From Longimicrobiales bacterium (GTDB lineage Bacteria > Gemmatimonadota > Gemmatimonadetes > Longimicrobiales > Gaopeijiaceae), in the NCBI GenBank assembly GCA_965218295.1, contig CBDCKN010000013.1:320001-384000 (forward strand): 64,000 nt of DNA. The letters are read 5' to 3'. The notes beneath the pieces are model-generated. The model worked only from the letters and a program-made list of their open reading frames with translations, was not told the origin of the DNA and made no database searches. This document shows positions 60,179 to 64,000 of the stretch, one piece after another (position 1 is the first letter of the stretch; every line of letters begins with the position of its first letter). The position numbers and the translations under genes are program-made.

Positions 60179-63100
60179 CTACGCCCGCCCGTGGCACTTC
60201 TTGTACTTCATACCCGACCCGCACGGACACGGCTCGTTCCTCCCCGGTTCCTTCGTGGCCGTCACCGGCGCCCGGACCCGCTCCTCGCCGCGGTTGGTGA
60301 CGAGCTGCCTCGGGTCCTGGGGCGAGGGCACGCCGTCGACGGAGCCCAGGGGCACGGTCCGCCCTCCTCCACCATTTCCGTCCGCCCGCGCTGCACGGAC
60401 GACGCCTAGGTCGTCCACCCGGCCCTGGCCGCTGCCGGTCGTCTGCGTTGCCCGTTCCGCGGCCGCGGCCCGGGCGATGGCCCCCCCACCCACCACCTCC
60501 GACGGACCGGTGTACTGGAGTCTCTGAGGCTGTCGCACCTGCGGCTGAGGCTGACCGATCTGGGCCTTGAACGTCAGGTTCGAGACGGTCCCCCTCAGGT
60601 CGCCCATGAGGTCCACGAACATCTCGTAGGCCTCTTTCTTGTACTCGACGAGCGGATCCTTCTGACCCCACCCCCGGAAGCCGATGGACGCCTTCAGGTG
60701 GTCCAGGTCGTAGAGGTGATCCTTCCACTTCCCGTCGATTACGCTGAGCATGATGTAGCTGGTCACGCCCTCGACGTGTTCCCCGAAGCTCTCGATCTTG
60801 CGGCGGAACTGCTCGTGGACGCCGCTGACCGCCTTTTCCTGGATCTCGTGGCGCTCCCACTCGTGCTCGGGGTCGTTCTCGTCCGGGAGGTCGTGGACCA
60901 CGGTGAAGTAGTCGAGCATGAGCCGCTTCTTGAGCCCCGCCAGATCCCAGTCGTCGTCGTACTCGAAGTCCAGGTACTCGTCCACGGTGGACTCGACGGC
61001 GTACTCGATCATCTCCCACATCTCGCCCTTGAGGTCCTCCCCGCCCTCGAGGGCGAACAGGCGGCGATCGTAGATGACTTCGCGCTGCTGGTTCATGACG
61101 TCGTCGTAGTCCAGCAGGCGCTTCCTAGCCTCGAAGTTGTTGCCCTCCACGCGCTTCTGCGCGGTCTCGATGGAGCGCGTGACCAGGGGATGGGTGATGA
61201 CCTCACCCTCCTCGGCACCGAGCTTGTCCATGGCGTTGGCCAGGCGGTCTCCGACGAACAGGCGCATGAGGTCGTCCTCCACCGAGATGAAGAACTGGGT
61301 CGCCCCCGGATCGCCCTGCCTTCCCGAGCGGCCTCGAAGCTGGCGGTCGATCCGCCTTGACTCGTGGCGCTCGGAGCCCAGGATGTGGAGGCCGCCCCTC
61401 TCGATGAGGTAGTCGTCGGGCTTGCCCTCGAAGTCCATGTCCCGGGTCGGATCTACGGGAACGAGCTCGTCCAGATCGAGGTCTCGCTCCTTGGCCCAGC
61501 CCACCGTCCGGGCATCGGTGACGCCCTCGCCCAGCTTAATGTCGGTTCCGCGACCGGCCATGTTGGTGGCGATGGTCACGGCGCCGGCGCGGCCCGCCTC
61601 CGCCACGATCTCCGACTCCTGCTTGTGCTGCTTGGCATTCAGGACGTTGTGGACGACTCCGCGCCGCTTGAGCATCCGGGAGAGCGTCTCGGAGATCTCG
61701 ACGTTGGTCGTCCCCACCAGCACGGGGAGCTCCATCCTGTGCAGCCGCTCGATCTCGTCCATGAGCGCCTGGTACTTCTCGTGCTTGGTGCGGAAGATGA
61801 GGTCGTCCCGGTCGTCGCGGATGATGGGGCGATTCGTCGGGATCACGAAGACTTCCAGCTTGTAGATCTGGTGGAACTCGGTCTCCTCCGTCTCCGCCGT
61901 ACCCGTCATCCCGGCGAGCTTGTCGTACATCCGGAAGTAGTTCTGGATCGTGATCGTGGCGAGGGTCTGGGTCTCGCCCTTGATCTCCACCCCTTCCTTC
62001 GCCTCCACCGCCTGATGTAGCCCGTCGCTCCAACGCCGTCCGGCCATCTGACGACCGGTGAACTCGTCGACGATGACGATGGCCCCGTCCTCGCCGATGA
62101 TGTACTTCTCGTCCTTCTGGAAGAGCGTGTACGCCTTTAGGAGCTGGTGGATGACGTGGATCTTCTCGCTCTTCCCTGCGTACTCGGCCTCCAGTCTGGA
62201 CATCATCTCCCGCTTGGCGTCCACGGAGAGGGACTCGTCCTCCTGGATCTTGCCCATAGCCTCGGAGAGGTCCGGCACCACGAACGCCTCGGGGTCCCCG
62301 GGAGAGAGCTCGTCCAGGCCCGCATCCGAGAGGTGCACGGCGTGGCCCTTCTCGTCCATGGCGAAGAAGAGCATTTCGTCCACGTCGAAGAGGCGCTTCT
62401 CGCGCATATAGTCGGCCTCGACCTTCAGGACCAGTTTCTGCAGGCCGGGATCGTCGGCGAAGAGCTTCAGGAGCCTCTTGTTGCGCGGCCCTCCTCGCTT
62501 GGCGGCCAGCAGCTTCTCGCCCGCCTCGAACTCATTCCCCTGCTCCAACTCCTTCTCGGCCTCGGCGATGAGCTCGCTGACGGTGCGGGTCTGTTTCTTG
62601 TAGAGGCTTCCGACGAGCGTGTTGTACTTCTTGAAGGGCGTCGACGTATCGCGGCCCACGGGCCCGGAGATGATCAGGGGCGTACGGGCCTCGTCGATGA
62701 GGATGGAGTCCATCTCGTCGATGATGGCGTACCAGTGACGGCGCTGGACCCGCTGCTCCAGGGCGTGGACCATGTTGTCCCGGAGATAGTCGAAGCCGAA
62801 CTCGTTGTTGGTCCCGTACGTGATGTCCGCGGCGTACGCGGCGGTGCGCTCGGGGGAGTGAGGCTCGTACTTGTCGATGCAGTCCACGTTGAGGCCGAGG
62901 TAGTTGTAGATGTAGCCCATCCACTCGGCGTCACGCTGGGCCAGATAGGTGTTTACGGTGATCAGATGCGCGCCCCGCCCGGCGAGGGCGTTCAGGTAGA
63001 GCGGCATGGTGGCCACGAGAGTCTTCCCCTCCCCGGTGGCCATCTCGGCGACCCTGCCCCGGTGGAGGGCAATGGCGCCGACGAGCTGGACGTCGTAGGG

Positions 63101-63520
63101 GATCATCTCCCAGACCGACTTCTGGCCCGTGACGATCACCTCCCTGCCCATGAGGCGGCGGCAAGCTTCCTTCACAGTGGCGAAGGCCTCGGGGAGGATG
63201 TCCTCGAGGGCGTCCTCGATGATCTCGATAAGCTTCGCGTCGAGGTCGCTCAGCTCCTCCTGAAGCTCCTGGCGCCTCTCGGGATCCTCGGAGTGGCGCT
63301 TCTCCTCACCGAGGCTGTCGATCTCGGCCTCGACGGCCTCCGTGGCCGCCTTGATGCGGTCCTTGAAGTCGTCGGTCTTGGCCTTCAGCTCCTCGTCTGA
63401 GAGGGCCTCGTACTCCTCGTACAGCCCGTTGATCTCGTCGACCAACGGCTGGAGCTTCTTCGCCTCACGAATGTGCCGTGAGCCGAGGATCTTCTTGACG
63501 ACTGCCTTGAGCATGCTCAA
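60179..63520 (-). CDS. secA: Preprotein translocase SecA (long form with SEC-C motif)
   Basis: MATGEGKT, DEMDSILIDEAR, ATNMAGRGTDI, QLRGRSGRQGDPG, GRNEPCPCGSGMKYKKCH. Start is TTG 63520 or ATG 63514. Confidence 0.98.
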   Translation of the reverse strand: MSMLKAVVKKILGSRHIREAKKLQPLVDEINGLYEEYEALSDEELKAKTDDFKDRIKAATEAVEAEIDSLGEEKRHSEDPERRQELQEELSDLDAKLIEIIEDALEDILPEAFATVKEACRRLMGREVIVTGQKSVWEMIPYDVQLVGAIALHRGRVAEMATGEGKTLVATMPLYLNALAGRGAHLITVNTYLAQRDAEWMGYIYNYLGLNVDCIDKYEPHSPERTAAYAADITYGTNNEFGFDYLRDNMVHALEQRVQRRHWYAIIDEMDSILIDEARTPLIISGPVGRDTSTPFKKYNTLVGSLYKKQTRTVSELIAEAEKELEQGNEFEAGEKLLAAKRGGPRNKRLLKLFADDPGLQKLVLKVEADYMREKRLFDVDEMLFFAMDEKGHAVHLSDAGLDELSPGDPEAFVVPDLSEAMGKIQEDESLSVDAKREMMSRLEAEYAGKSEKIHVIHQLLKAYTLFQKDEKYIIGEDGAIVIVDEFTGRQMAGRRWSDGLHQAVEAKEGVEIKGETQTLATITIQNYFRMYDKLAGMTGTAETEETEFHQIYKLEVFVIPTNRPIIRDDRDDLIFRTKHEKYQALMDEIERLHRMELPVLVGTTNVEISETLSRMLKRRGVVHNVLNAKQHKQESEIVAEAGRAGAVTIATNMAGRGTDIKLGEGVTDARTVGWAKERDLDLDELVPVDPTRDMDFEGKPDDYLIERGGLHILGSERHESRRIDRQLRGRSGRQGDPGATQFFISVEDDLMRLFVGDRLANAMDKLGAEEGEVITHPLVTRSIETAQKRVEGNNFEARKRLLDYDDVMNQQREVIYDRRLFALEGGEDLKGEMWEMIEYAVESTVDEYLDFEYDDDWDLAGLKKRLMLDYFTVVHDLPDENDPEHEWERHEIQEKAVSGVHEQFRRKIESFGEHVEGVTSYIMLSVIDGKWKDHLYDLDHLKASIGFRGWGQKDPLVEYKKEAYEMFVDLMGDLRGTVSNLTFKAQIGQPQPQVRQPQRLQYTGPSEVVGGGAIARAAAAERATQTTGSGQGRVDDLGVVRAARADGNGGGGRTVPLGSVDGVPSPQDPRQLVTNRGEERVRAPVTATKEPGRNEPCPCGSGMKYKKCHGRA

Positions 63521-63564
63521 TGGGCTCTAATCCTTCTCAGGCATCCGGCAACGGACTCCAGGTC

Positions 63565-63783
63565 TCATTCGGGCTGGGCCACCACTACACCGAAGCGAAT
63601 AAACTTGTACCAAAAGCGTTCGTGCAGGTAGTAGAGGGCCAACTTCGTGACCACCTCGATGGCACCCACCTGCACGCCTACCTGCCAGTCACCCGTCACC
63701 CACCACGCGATGATGACGGTGTCAAAAGTCGCCAAGCATCTCCATGTGATCGCCTTCACGACGTGCCGTCTTCGTGAGATCAT
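63565..63783 (-). CDS. DUF2061-like small membrane protein
   Basis: KAITWR...DT......TG......E...K..LYYLHER.W pattern. Confidence 0.8.
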   Translation of the reverse strand: MISRRRHVVKAITWRCLATFDTVIIAWWVTGDWQVGVQVGAIEVVTKLALYYLHERFWYKFIRFGVVVAQPE

Positions 63784-63853
63784 ATTCGCTCCACCTAGGA
63801 ATGTGTTGTTCGTCCGCCGCGGCCCCATTGCTCGCACGGCCGACTCAGGGCCC

Positions 63854-64000
63854 TCAATCCCGGTAGAGCCCCTCTCGCTCGATGACCTCGGCCACTCCCT
63901 TGGGGACGAGGTGACGGAAGGGCTCGCCTTCCCGGATGCGCCGCCGGATCTCGGACGACGAAACGTCGACCCTCGATACGTGGGCCGACGTCCACTGTAC
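63854..64000 (-). CDS. nadD: Nicotinate-nucleotide adenylyltransferase, 3' end (partial)
   Basis: Manual translation ...VDVSSSEIRRRIREGEPFRHLVPKGVAEVIEREGLYRD* matches the NadD C-terminal SS..IR / VP..V..I...GLY pattern. Confidence 0.8.
   Translation of the reverse strand, partial: VQWTSAHVSRVDVSSSEIRRRIREGEPFRHLVPKGVAEVIEREGLYRD

Overview
High-GC bacterial chromosome segment, most likely Gemmatimonadota (inferred from gene content and order, not searched). It is almost entirely core housekeeping genes on the minus strand. Reading in transcription order: nadD(3' end)-DUF2061-secA; [FkbM on +]; Phd-like orphan-radC; rel-uvrB-tsaE-tsaB-rimI; LysM-ccsA-hemA-galE-tolQRAB-pal-cpoB-nrdR-tatC-lptD; lipoprotein; SgmX-like TPR; polyprenyl synthase-DUF4321-tatA; [ppiD on +]; TPR-aroQ-efp-accB-accC-comB-ftsK-lolA-rimO-hemL; OM protein-Gfo/Idh/MocA-DUF4105(Lnb-like)-lnt; rpmE-prfA-prmC-YlbF-like-PIP synthase-like-ino1-tmk-ctpA; asparaginase II-CMD-obgE-dprA-hemW-hrcA-dnaJ. 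I found no rRNA, tRNA, CRISPR array, prophage or transposase gene. Eight apparent frameshifts in seven genes, several essential and mostly in homopolymer runs, point to assembly error. The most unusual signal is non-coding and layered. Small TIR-bounded repeat elements of two end types sit at TA/CTAG sites, often on stop codons. They share a covarying internal hairpin core. Nested in them is a 26-28 nt hairpin mini-module that appears three times, each time replacing about 5 nt of host sequence. Other leads: tandem Lnb-like + Lnt N-acyltransferases, an ino1 + PIP-synthase-like pair, a multi-stem rpmE leader and a candidate sigma54 promoter.
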